In this document: positions 39,101 to 47,926 of the stretch, one piece after another
Numbering within the stretch: position 1 is the first letter of the stretch
How the letters are laid out: every line of letters starts with the position of its first letter
Notes under the pieces: generated by a model
What the model saw: the letters and a program-made list of their open reading frames with translations, nothing else
Databases searched by the model: none
Told to the model about the DNA's origin: nothing
Translations under genes and position numbers: made by a program
Origin: a virus
DNA: 64,000 nt
Virus record (IMG/VR): IMGVR_UViG_3300021599_001018
Span: 1 to 64,000 of that record
Direction: 5' to 3' (one strand)

Positions 39101-39627
39101 GCATTCGTCCTAGTATATATTGGTAATAATCTTTCTTGAATATCAATTTTAGGTCTACGATATAACCTTATTGGAGTTGTATTGGCAATGAATGGATTTA
39201 CATTTACCGTCTTTTGCCATTTAACATTTATTTTACCACGCCATTCATCGGGTATAGGTCTAATAATTCCGTTATCATCCCATTCCTTTAATTCCCCAAC
39301 TATTGTTATTGTTGCAGGACCAAAAAGCGTGTCATCGTATACATGAATTGACACAGGCTTAGCTACACCTTCATAATAATCTGTTGGATTACCTCCAGCC
39401 GGCTCACTATAAATTATGTTTCCATTAGAGTCTTTAACCTCAATAAACAAATAAGAACCTTCTCTTAATTCAAGAGAACCCTGTATAAGAAATGCATTCT
39501 TACCACCCGTTAATGTATCTTGCAGTTGAGTTACCTTAAAATATCGGCTTGTTGGGTTTGTATCATTTATTAGTACCTTAAATACATCTAAATGTAACGG
39601 AAAAGATGACTTCTTAATTATAGACAT
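36103..39627 (-). CDS. Large virion structural protein (tail/baseplate-associated)
   Basis: 1174 aa, beta-rich, Ig-like and S/T/G-rich C-terminal part; promoter motif upstream. Confidence 0.6.
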   Translation of the reverse strand: MSIIKKSSFPLHLDVFKVLINDTNPTSRYFKVTQLQDTLTGGKNAFLIQGSLELREGSYLFIEVKDSNGNIIYSEPAGGNPTDYYEGVAKPVSIHVYDDTLFGPATITIVGELKEWDDNGIIRPIPDEWRGKINVKWQKTVNVNPFIANTTPIRLYRRPKIDIQERLLPIYTRTNAQDISSGYFRGVAIFPPANTEYPYNGPIRYEIVSINPTSASFISNTPTLLDIAATPFDKRSVGRPINVANIYSVNGELFSNSSSYTPVITELVDRFRAIVDIPFVSLRTATERSQIKNIALGEFDTTYETSTTSVSNLSSSYASINVKDLETFSGDIYRLKVFAKSRNELKGFSVLEDIVLEENELLQTDFFAPEGQINKKTGEFTIANVITEFWSSASLDGNGNATLSTTDNLVNAVFLEPLNEIEGSNGIFAFLSKNDIAFTKDTEYILNYNTVFSKNNNFSNKGLLDVYITGSAFNNTITEIPYGKKIGTLSGTEFQRYEKQSINFKADNDGNGRVSFIVRNGNWELADISLKAAAQTAFNPNELTFLTKPNIQIPSESFDFRFELFDINYTYVPITLEKTIRFGGGNDIIPGIRFTFNASGSSGIIPATSLQVTPSLLYNAYFDISPTAVSSSPAAISITSSVNLIQLPLTFDSSSATAYDRDGIKIEETDVADGFQYPGKLIEIINNDANSGPDVFAKLSYANFASKIKPNTSPPGERRVGYITYRVHQSSNTNRPQNARFVIGSDYTNYLGCAQPIILSVSYIGRVIDVDRYYVDISNISPDTEWLLDFKPDGSNDWYFGAPYALNCVSSSISGICPQYQYQPASNYGGGWYVQVQNGLDYDFIDFRIIKKCFGGVVTTEHNEFRYFTVPFILFSAIIPSVTYNQGGFSASTNRRSSSITAGNLTSETGILTLTLSNPTDFEVAPTSGGPWSNSVNLSFSDFGRIIGGLSSGIFYYRLKDGLDVGSYNTTLTTTNATTYGATTVNQTLSGTVANPLTTINVQYYDDIGGVSGGNRWGYRVVLYNSDGSIRYSYPTWYALGTTTVSPIYSHDVPQGWIGSYRLELVGNAGTATIPSSALVAYSSVISNDLSNPSACQGETYDPGVILPVGVIGPEGIQVCSQDTSNHPLETLSNPSPAGSEVITISGIWGYAPTQCGRSGFTDPTLAGILPACN

Positions 39628-39724
39628 TCAGTATTTCTTTTTGAATAAATATCGTAAAAAAAATAATACAAATACTTATATATGTATAGAAAACTAAAAA
39701 ATACTAAAATAAAATAAAATAGTT

Positions 39725-39901
39725 ATGGCTTACGCAATGTTACAAATTAAAAAAGAAACTCACGAAATTCTTAAAAAGTATTGTGAAGAACATGGGTTCA
39801 AAATGGGTAGTCTTGTCGAAAACCTAATTCGTAAGCATGTTGGCATTGAAAAGCCAAAACCGATAAAATCGGAAAGTAAGATTAAAAATCAATCTTACTA
39901 A
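39725..39901 (+). CDS. Small ribbon-helix-helix-like DNA-binding protein (not in ORF track)
   Basis: Hand translation: MAYAMLQIKKETHEILKKYCEEHGFKMGSLVENLIRKHVGIEKPKPIKSESKIKNQSY, 58 aa; beta-strand plus two helices. Confidence 0.75.
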   Translation: MAYAMLQIKKETHEILKKYCEEHGFKMGSLVENLIRKHVGIEKPKPIKSESKIKNQSY

Positions 39902-42900
39902 ATCCCTCTACTCTTTTTATTTCAATAAGCCCATCTACAATATCACGCATTTGTTCCAAGTGAGAAATTACCCAAATGAAATCAAATTGGGTTTTAAGAT
40001 ATTGCATCATCATAAATAACGAAGAAAGATTATCAGAATCTAATGTACCAAATCCCTCATCTATAACAAGGAAATTAGGACGAGGTAGATTACATATATT
40101 GATTAGTGCAACTCTAATAGCAAGTCCGCTAATAAATTTCTCCATACCACTACACATTTCAAGAGGCCATTCCTGGTCATCATAAACAATCTTTGCGTTT
40201 ATATTTTTACCATCAACATCCATAACAATACCAAAATCTACAACCTGAGCAAGTATATTATTTACTTCGGTTTCTATAACTGGTAGAGCTTTACTAATCA
40301 ATTCATACGGAATACCATCACGCTTAACTGAATCCAAATAATAGGTGTATAGGCGGTTCTTCTCCTCCAAATCCTTAACTTCTATCATCCTAGCCTTTAT
40401 ACCCTCTATAAACGAATTTAATGAACCAATAGAGCCATTTAAGCCCGTTATATTGGAGTTTATTTCTTTAATCTTTTTATCCGTATCGGTTTTTAAGATT
40501 TCTAATTTATCAATTTTTTCTTGAATTGATTTATTCCGTTTTATCAAGTCCTCATTATCGTTATACCTCTTAATATCCGCCTCTACATTTTGTAATTGTG
40601 TTTCATACAATTGCTTTTTAGTTTCTAAACCTTTGTATTCGGCTTCTGCTTTCTCTTTGATTACTATTCCCTTTTGGTATTTGGCTTTCAATTCAACCAA
40701 CTCATCCCATTGTTCATCTACATCGGAAATATAGCTTGCCTGTTGGATAATTGATTGTTGCTTATTACCTAACATACTCAATTCTTCCTCTTGCTCTTTA
40801 ACTTTCTCTTTGGTAGAAATAGCATCTTTTACAAAAACATTACTTGTACAAAACCGGCAATTAGGGTCGTACTCATGCTTTTCAAGGTGAGATAATTTTT
40901 CTTTATTTGCTTTAATTGATTGTTCAAGTAATTCTATTTTGTGTTCGGTATCTGATAGTTCCGATTTGTAATCATCCCATTCACGCTTCGCATCTTCTAT
41001 TGGTTTATCGTTAATAGTTTTATTCCTCTCAATAGATTCGGATATTTCTGTTAATAAGTTTTTGTATTCCGTTATCTTATTTCCTTTGTTTGTCTTTTCA
41101 ATTTCAATACCCAATACATTTTCCTCTATTTCTTTTTTAGACTTGTTAAGATTATCTATATCCAAACTAGAATCTATTGGTGCAAGTTCTTTTGTTAAAT
41201 CGAGTATATCTTCTAACACTTGATTTTTACTATCCGAAACATCATCTAATAATTCTTGCTGTATTTTTAACTCACCCTTTTTGGTTTTTAATTCTTTAAG
41301 CTTTTCGGAAAGTTCTGTTGTGAAATCCGTTTTCTTAAAGTTCTTAATCAATACTGAAACCTCTTTAATATCCTCACTGGCCGTTTCATATAGTTTATCA
41401 AATATATTCAATCCCATAAATTGAGCCAGTAACTCTTTTCTTTCAGATTGAGATTTATCAATGAATAGAGCATTGTTACCCTGTAATGAAAGGGCAGTTA
41501 ATACAAAATCTTCGTAAGTACCAACATATTGTTCAATTATCGTATTAGTATCACGTCTTTCCGTACCATTCAAAGATACCGCTTGACCATTTTCATTTCT
41601 CCAAAATTGGACATCAACTTTTACATTCTTACCTTTATTGATTGTACGAGCTTCTCTACGAATGTGGTAATCAATTCCATTTATTTGAAAATGTAATTGG
41701 CAATCAAATGTTGTTTTACGATTATTCAAAATGTATTGTGCTTTGAATGCTCTACTACATTTATCGTAAAGGCAGAAAGATATAGCATCAAATAAAGATG
41801 ATTTGCCGGAAGCGTTTGGAGCAAATAACCCCATTAAACCACTAACCTTTGTAAAATCAATCTTATTATCCTCACCATAGCTAAACATATTTGAAAATGT
41901 AAAGCTTATGGGTTTCCAATGTATATTTCTTTGTATTTCATCGTGTACAATACGACTATTTATATCTGTATTTATCTTTTCAATTCCTGCCAAATCTTCA
42001 TTCGTAACAAACGGCATCATTCGACTAACATAATCATTTAGTAATGAGTTTTGATAGTTAATATCCGTAATATCTTCAAAATCTAATTTGTTATTCCTAT
42101 CGCCGGTCTTTAATTTGGAAAGAGAGTCGGTACGAATAATTGTAAAATCATCTACACCATAACGCATTTTGATTTCGGTCATAACACGTTTCGTATCTGC
42201 GGTATCTGTGTTTGAAAGTCTAACACGAAGTCTTGGATATTTCGGCATATCCGATACAACCGGTACTACACCACTATTAACATCCAATGTATAATATCCA
42301 TAATCATTTTCTATATCCACTGCTTCAAATGTTTGTGTATCTAAATCCCAAACAAGAAAGCCGTGACTATGTAAGGTTTCACCAAAGTTCTGTTGTACCA
42401 ATGAGCCGGCATAAACCACTTTACAACCTTTCGGACTAATCAATTCCTGACGTTTATGAATATCACCCAATAGAGCCATATCATAACCATCGAAAATATC
42501 CGTTGTAAAATGGCGACTACTAACGACATAACCAATATCAGTTTGTGAGTTATCAACTGGTCCGTGGAATAAAGCAATTTTAGTTTTACCCGTAAGAGTA
42601 TCTGCTTTAGGCCAATTATCTTTATTATCAAAAATACTGAATACAGCAAAATCGACATCATCTATTGTATGGACTTGTGTATCTCTTAAATAATGAAAGT
42701 TTGGTAGGTCTAATGCATCCACAATAGGAGTAAGAACATCAAGCCTATCTGAGTTATTCATATTACAATCGTGATTACCGGCTATTAGTATTGTTGGGCA
42801 ATGTTTTGCACACTCTTTGAATAACCAACTTATTTCATTAACTAACTCCGGTGACATTTCTAATTTAGCATGGGCAATATCACCCGCCAAATAAATGATT

Positions 42901-43025
42901 GAATCTTCTGTTCCACTTTTACGAATTTCCGCAAACATTTTTTCAAACACCTGTCTATATTCTTTGTGCCTCTTTACATTACGAATATGTACATCTGCAA
43001 TATGGTAAATCTTTTTTAATTTCAT
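39882..43025 (-). CDS. Fused Mre11/SbcD nuclease-Rad50/SbcC ATPase (gp47-gp46-like)
   Basis: ADVH, GD, GNHD, GDIH; Walker A APNASGKSS; zinc hook CRFC; CSGME signature; IDEG; SH. Confidence 0.93.
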   Translation of the reverse strand: MKLKKIYHIADVHIRNVKRHKEYRQVFEKMFAEIRKSGTEDSIIYLAGDIAHAKLEMSPELVNEISWLFKECAKHCPTILIAGNHDCNMNNSDRLDVLTPIVDALDLPNFHYLRDTQVHTIDDVDFAVFSIFDNKDNWPKADTLTGKTKIALFHGPVDNSQTDIGYVVSSRHFTTDIFDGYDMALLGDIHKRQELISPKGCKVVYAGSLVQQNFGETLHSHGFLVWDLDTQTFEAVDIENDYGYYTLDVNSGVVPVVSDMPKYPRLRVRLSNTDTADTKRVMTEIKMRYGVDDFTIIRTDSLSKLKTGDRNNKLDFEDITDINYQNSLLNDYVSRMMPFVTNEDLAGIEKINTDINSRIVHDEIQRNIHWKPISFTFSNMFSYGEDNKIDFTKVSGLMGLFAPNASGKSSLFDAISFCLYDKCSRAFKAQYILNNRKTTFDCQLHFQINGIDYHIRREARTINKGKNVKVDVQFWRNENGQAVSLNGTERRDTNTIIEQYVGTYEDFVLTALSLQGNNALFIDKSQSERKELLAQFMGLNIFDKLYETASEDIKEVSVLIKNFKKTDFTTELSEKLKELKTKKGELKIQQELLDDVSDSKNQVLEDILDLTKELAPIDSSLDIDNLNKSKKEIEENVLGIEIEKTNKGNKITEYKNLLTEISESIERNKTINDKPIEDAKREWDDYKSELSDTEHKIELLEQSIKANKEKLSHLEKHEYDPNCRFCTSNVFVKDAISTKEKVKEQEEELSMLGNKQQSIIQQASYISDVDEQWDELVELKAKYQKGIVIKEKAEAEYKGLETKKQLYETQLQNVEADIKRYNDNEDLIKRNKSIQEKIDKLEILKTDTDKKIKEINSNITGLNGSIGSLNSFIEGIKARMIEVKDLEEKNRLYTYYLDSVKRDGIPYELISKALPVIETEVNNILAQVVDFGIVMDVDGKNINAKIVYDDQEWPLEMCSGMEKFISGLAIRVALINICNLPRPNFLVIDEGFGTLDSDNLSSLFMMMQYLKTQFDFIWVISHLEQMRDIVDGLIEIKRVEGFSKIDF

Positions 43026-43960
43026 ATAGAATTTATTTTTGATAATAGTAATTCCTCACTATTAAATTCTTTAGTTTTATTTAGTTTATTATAGAAGTTA
43101 TCATAACCCATTTCCGAAGCATCTTTATCATCTGCTTTCATTAAGCGAACATTTATACCTTGCTTTCTGAAGTACTCTGATATTTTTAATGCCTCACTCA
43201 TAGCATCGTTATCTAATGATATAACAATTTCTTTAACATCATTTAGGAATATCTTTTCCATTAAATTTTTCGATGGGAATTTGCCTAAAAGTGGAATTGC
43301 ATTTCTACGAATTGTTATCGCATCAAAAACACCCTCACAAAGTATTAGAGTTTCTTTCCAATTTATTTGTGAATCAAAGCATATAACATTTTTTGATATA
43401 GGTGGGTTTTTATATTTCATTCCGTTCTCTTCATAATAAGAGCGAGATACAAAATAATTTAGAGAACCATCGTAATTATATGATGGAACTATAACACGTC
43501 TTGCATATAATCCCTCAACGCAATATCCAATGTTATATTTTACAATCTCTTTTATTCCTATTCCACGTTTAGAAAGATAATGAATAGCATGTTTATATTC
43601 AGGATTAAATCCCTTTGGCTCTTCTGCTAATGAAATATATTCTTTTGGTAAGGATATAAATACTTTGTCACTTTCCTCTTTTGCTGGTTGATATGTAGAA
43701 TCACCATAGATTTCTCTTATCGCAGATATTGTTTTTTTATCAATATCTAATTTACGAAGAAGAGATGTTATTTTCTGTCCACCACTATTACAAGTCCAAC
43801 AATGCCATTTTTGAGTTTCTAAATTAACCTGTAACTTTTGTTTATGGTGATGACAAAACGGGCAGTAAAACGCCAGTTCGTTTCCTTTTAGGTTTGAGTA
43901 TTGACCTAATGAGTTATATAATGTTGTAGTAACTGTATTTTTTTGAATAGAACTTAACAT
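43022..43960 (-). CDS. DNA primase (Zn finger + TOPRIM)
   Basis: CPFCHH...CWTC, KYKN, CEGVFD, LDND. Confidence 0.88.
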   Translation of the reverse strand: MLSSIQKNTVTTTLYNSLGQYSNLKGNELAFYCPFCHHHKQKLQVNLETQKWHCWTCNSGGQKITSLLRKLDIDKKTISAIREIYGDSTYQPAKEESDKVFISLPKEYISLAEEPKGFNPEYKHAIHYLSKRGIGIKEIVKYNIGYCVEGLYARRVIVPSYNYDGSLNYFVSRSYYEENGMKYKNPPISKNVICFDSQINWKETLILCEGVFDAITIRRNAIPLLGKFPSKNLMEKIFLNDVKEIVISLDNDAMSEALKISEYFRKQGINVRLMKADDKDASEMGYDNFYNKLNKTKEFNSEELLLSKINSI

Positions 43961-43964
43961 ATTC

Positions 43965-43996
43965 CAATATACGAAAAATACCTCATTTTACCAAAT
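43965..43996 (-). promoter_or_regulatory. Bacteroidota-type promoter upstream of primase
   Basis: TTTGG...CGTATATTG; similar layout to 36068-36099. Confidence 0.5.
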
Positions 43997-44021
43997 AAAA
44001 TAGGAAGAATTTTACTTCTTC

Positions 44022-44435
44022 CTACTCACTAAACCATTCATCTGGTATTGATTTATCTGCGTATTTGAACCCATTTTTAATACACCAATCGGCGTATGTG
44101 GTTTTAGATTTCTTACTTATTTTATTTTTTGAATTAGTAAATACAAATCGTATATCTAATTCGGGGTGTTGTGATTTTATTAGAAGGTGCTTTTTCCTAT
44201 CTGCTATCACAAATCTACCCTTACTCTCAACGATTATTCCATTTGGTAATTTGAAATCGGGATGGTATTTGTGTTCGGAAGCAGGTATAAGATAACCTAT
44301 GGTTTCGGATTCGTATTTGACTTCAATTCCTTTATCGGATATTTGAGTCGCAATAGTTTCTTCGAGACCCGACTTGAATCCATACACTCTTGCTACCCAT
44401 TTAGAGCTTTTCTTTTTTGTAACCTTTTTAGCCAT
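44022..44435 (-). CDS. Endonuclease I-like Holliday junction resolvase (T7 gp3 family)
   Basis: FKSGLE, YHPDF, VESKGRF, QHPELDIRFVF, TTYADWC. Confidence 0.92.
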   Translation of the reverse strand: MAKKVTKKKSSKWVARVYGFKSGLEETIATQISDKGIEVKYESETIGYLIPASEHKYHPDFKLPNGIIVESKGRFVIADRKKHLLIKSQHPELDIRFVFTNSKNKISKKSKTTYADWCIKNGFKYADKSIPDEWFSE

Positions 44436-44442
44436 AATAGGA

Positions 44443-44661
44443 TTAACGCTGAACGGTCTCAGAGTATTTTACAGAGTTCACTTGACCACCTCTACCAACT
44501 TTGAATTTCTCAGCTGTTAATACTTGTTCATCTATTTCTTTTGTAGCATCAATACTGAAAGGTGTATTACGGGCCAATCCAACATCAAATGTGATTTTAT
44601 CCGTACCAAGTAAAGATTGATTTTCTTCGTATAATCTTAATAATAATTCTTTATCTGCCAT
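44443..44661 (-). CDS. Hypothetical protein
   Basis: 72-aa ORF behind promoter motif at 44676-44683. Confidence 0.6.
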   Translation of the reverse strand: MADKELLLRLYEENQSLLGTDKITFDVGLARNTPFSIDATKEIDEQVLTAEKFKVGRGGQVNSVKYSETVQR

Positions 44662-44696
44662 AGTTGTAATTTTATATAAATATAAAAAAAAATGTT

Positions 44697-45923
44697 TTAA
44701 GTATCAAATCTTACAATAAAGTTTATTGGCAAATCGTGTAAAGATTTAATTGGAGTTGGAAGTTTTGCTACCGCAACTAAATTACAATCATCATCATATA
44801 ACCCAATAGTTGTAATAAATGGTGCTAAAAATGAACCAGTACGATCTGTTGAACCACTAATTTCCCAATGTTCAAAGCCAGCATAAAGCCAATCATTAGT
44901 TACGGAAGATGATATTGAACCTGTATAGCGAAAATCCATTACCGTTCCATTATCTAATACGTGTTTTTTTCTTATATATTTGGGGCCTGGATTTGAATTT
45001 ACTTTAATATATTTACCTCTAGTATCTAAAAATGTTTCATAAACATCATCGGTAGCTATTATTGCGGTTGGATTTGTAGAAACATTAAATTCATCTTCAT
45101 TTACAACTAATAAAAATTCATGCTCATAGTTAGTTTGACTTGATTTATATGTTAGTTCCCAATTTTTATTAAGAAGATTATCGTATGCTCTTGTTATACT
45201 TATTATACCTTGTCCATAAAAAACATTACCACCATACAAAAGTCCAAATTGCCCTTCTAAAAATGCTAAATTTTTTACATACATTAAAGATGGTGTTGCA
45301 TTTGCATCCCAACTATACAAAACGGTATCATAATCAATACCACCCGATGTTATTCTAATTGCACCACTATTTAAGTCCCAAGTATTACTATCTACCGATG
45401 TTGAATACGGTGTACCGGTTTTGTAATTTGTAAAATTAAATTGACCGGTTTGAAAATCCAAAAGGCTCACTTCCAATACATCCGATTGTCCAACCAACAA
45501 GTTACTATAACCATCATCGGTTAGCTCCCAAAGCTCATCATTATCAGCTGTTATCCTAAGTGATACCGATCCTGGCTTAATACCATCTCCAATATATCTT
45601 TGTGGTATTGATAATATCTTAGCACCGTTTTCTAAATATCTTTCTTTTTCTATTGGGTTATCTGTGTATATGTTTGTTTTTCTACCAATTCGTTTTAATG
45701 GATTATCAACTTCACTATTATAAAATTGTGCACGTAACTGACCATAAAGGGAATGTTTATTAAAACTAAACCCATTTGAGTCGGTAGTTGTCGTATTTGT
45801 ATAATCGGATAGTTCGGCCTCAAATATAGAAATTGGTGATACTGATGCCGATTGAAAATGCCATTCCTTATACGCTTTGAATGGTCTAATTGAAATATCT
45901 GATTTTGGAATCCTTTTTAACAT
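44697..45923 (-). CDS. Baseplate/tail structural protein
   Basis: C-terminal ITTIGLYD...LVAVAKL...RFD, paralogous to next ORF. Confidence 0.65.
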   Translation of the reverse strand: MLKRIPKSDISIRPFKAYKEWHFQSASVSPISIFEAELSDYTNTTTTDSNGFSFNKHSLYGQLRAQFYNSEVDNPLKRIGRKTNIYTDNPIEKERYLENGAKILSIPQRYIGDGIKPGSVSLRITADNDELWELTDDGYSNLLVGQSDVLEVSLLDFQTGQFNFTNYKTGTPYSTSVDSNTWDLNSGAIRITSGGIDYDTVLYSWDANATPSLMYVKNLAFLEGQFGLLYGGNVFYGQGIISITRAYDNLLNKNWELTYKSSQTNYEHEFLLVVNEDEFNVSTNPTAIIATDDVYETFLDTRGKYIKVNSNPGPKYIRKKHVLDNGTVMDFRYTGSISSSVTNDWLYAGFEHWEISGSTDRTGSFLAPFITTIGLYDDDCNLVAVAKLPTPIKSLHDLPINFIVRFDT

Positions 45924-45946
45924 ATCAAATATAAATATCCTCTTAA

Positions 45947-45973
45947 CTAAAAACCCACCAATATAGGTGGGTT
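45947..45973 (-). terminator. Rho-independent terminator
   Basis: AACCCACC-TATATT-GGTGGGTT followed by TTTAGTT on the minus strand. Confidence 0.8.
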
Positions 45974-45994
45974 GGTAGTAGATTTAGTTCTATA

Positions 45995-47236
45995 TTAAAA
46001 ATCCAATTTAACTTTAATTGCTATTTCTTTATCAAATGTTTTTTCTACCGGCGTACTTACTTTAGCTACTGCTAATAATTCATTTGCATCATCGTAAAGC
46101 CCAACGGATGTAACATATACATGTGGGTCTTTTTCAAATGCACCAACAACGAATTGTCCTGCAGATCCGGTCACAAATGCTGGATTATTTGAGAAATTAA
46201 ATTCTCTATTGTTAGCTCTTACAAAATAATGTGAAGTAGAAACATTTTCGGTTCTACGAGCTTGGAAATCGGCACCTGTGGATATACAATCAATAAGTTT
46301 TCTAGATCCAGATAGTGAAGATGAATTGTTAAAATATGTGCCCGCAGCTGTGGTACTTACCGATGCACCTAACCCAGTATCTACAGTAACTGCTAATGCT
46401 TGTGGGTTTAATAAAATAACTCCCATATCAGGATAAAATAATCCAAATCCCTGGCCATTGGATGCTGTGATTGATTGTATTGTGGATGTTAGTGAAGTAC
46501 CTATATTTAACGAACCACTAACTATATTGTAAACTCTACCAGATGTTGTTACATTTTCATCAGTACCACCACTATCATCTATAAGCGTTATTCTACCAAC
46601 ATTACCATCTAAAATTATAGATATATTTCCTGGATCTAATCTTTCTTTATATCTTGCTCTGTTTATATTGATTGCATAAAATGCTGAAAGGTTGTGTCCC
46701 GCCGATGTAGAACCACTATAAACACTAAAAAATTGGTCGGTTGGATTTAGTAATATATTTTTGAATTGCCCATATATCGCTCTAGTAGATAATAAACTTG
46801 TATCATCAACTGCTAATGATGGTGCACCAAAACCACGCACATCGCCATATGCAACCGAAAATTGTACTTCCGCTGCTGTATTGGTAGCTGGGTCTTTATC
46901 ATATGCATCTATATAATATCTACCTGCTATTGAAGCAGTTTGTGAATTTTTCATATATAAAGTTCCCAAAGAACCAGTATCACCACTCCATATACCAGAT
47001 GTAACAATTTGAGTTCTGTTTGTAACTTTATCGTTAGAACCAAACTTTTTGTAAATACCATTGGTGATTGCCGTTGCTCTTGATTCTACTTGCTCACCTT
47101 CTGGTAAGAATTGATTAAGAATACGAGTAATCTCCATAGTATCTAATGGAGTTCCGGCTGTATTTGCTGCACCTGCCAAATAGGTGGATAGATTGCTTGC
47201 TAAAAGGGCTCCTCTATTATCTCTAATAATTGCCAT
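45995..47236 (-). CDS. Baseplate/tail structural protein
   Basis: YVTSVGLYD...LLAVAK...KLDF C-terminus. Confidence 0.65.
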   Translation of the reverse strand: MAIIRDNRGALLASNLSTYLAGAANTAGTPLDTMEITRILNQFLPEGEQVESRATAITNGIYKKFGSNDKVTNRTQIVTSGIWSGDTGSLGTLYMKNSQTASIAGRYYIDAYDKDPATNTAAEVQFSVAYGDVRGFGAPSLAVDDTSLLSTRAIYGQFKNILLNPTDQFFSVYSGSTSAGHNLSAFYAININRARYKERLDPGNISIILDGNVGRITLIDDSGGTDENVTTSGRVYNIVSGSLNIGTSLTSTIQSITASNGQGFGLFYPDMGVILLNPQALAVTVDTGLGASVSTTAAGTYFNNSSSLSGSRKLIDCISTGADFQARRTENVSTSHYFVRANNREFNFSNNPAFVTGSAGQFVVGAFEKDPHVYVTSVGLYDDANELLAVAKVSTPVEKTFDKEIAIKVKLDF

Positions 47237-47250
47237 TTGATTGTTTTATT

Positions 47251-47883
47251 TTATCTTGTGTAATTTATATATGTTACAGTTACGGGGATTGTTTGAGACC
47301 CTCCCGTTTCATTACCATAAACAGTAATAGTTGTTCTAATTGTCGATGTTAATGATGGGTTAGGAATAAATTTGAATGACAATCCTTTAGCGATTGCGGC
47401 AGTTGCAGATACATCATCTCCTATAAATACAGGAATAGTTCCAATATCAGCACTAACACCTTCACCAATAATATCTCCTGCGTTTTTATTTGCTAATATC
47501 ACCGTATATCCTAAGCTTCTGTTTCCTGCAGGAGAAGTAGTTGGCGATAATGCAACTTCACCACTTCTTTGATTAACAGATATATTTGGAATACCAAATT
47601 CCACAACAGGAATACGAGTCGTATTTTTTGGTAGAGTTACTAATTTATACTTCATTACTTGAGTTTCATCGGGAGATGCTTCAAGAACAGGCATATTTTT
47701 AATTGCCACATCATAATACGCACTACCTAGTGGGTGTGCTGGCTCATAAAGAGAATAATCAATTTCATCATCGGCTAAAGCAAATTGAGTAATGTTTAAT
47801 CCCTGCCCTGCGGCTAGTTTTTCTCTACCTTTTTTTGTTAGAATTGCATCTACAGTTAATGTAGTATTATCTAAATATCCCAT
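47251..47883 (-). CDS. Baseplate/tail structural protein
   Basis: AILTKKGREKLA...ITQFALADDEIDY, resembling tail-collar/wedge N-terminal domains. Confidence 0.65.
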   Translation of the reverse strand: MGYLDNTTLTVDAILTKKGREKLAAGQGLNITQFALADDEIDYSLYEPAHPLGSAYYDVAIKNMPVLEASPDETQVMKYKLVTLPKNTTRIPVVEFGIPNISVNQRSGEVALSPTTSPAGNRSLGYTVILANKNAGDIIGEGVSADIGTIPVFIGDDVSATAAIAKGLSFKFIPNPSLTSTIRTTITVYGNETGGSQTIPVTVTYINYTR

Positions 47884-47926
47884 ATAGCTTAATTGTTTTA
47901 ATAATAAATATAGTTTTTATAAAATT

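Noticed and set aside
26019-43960. Inteins or introns in portal, terminase, Mre11-Rad50 or primase
   Set aside because: No intein C/HN boundaries, homing-endonuclease motifs or length excess between conserved motifs.
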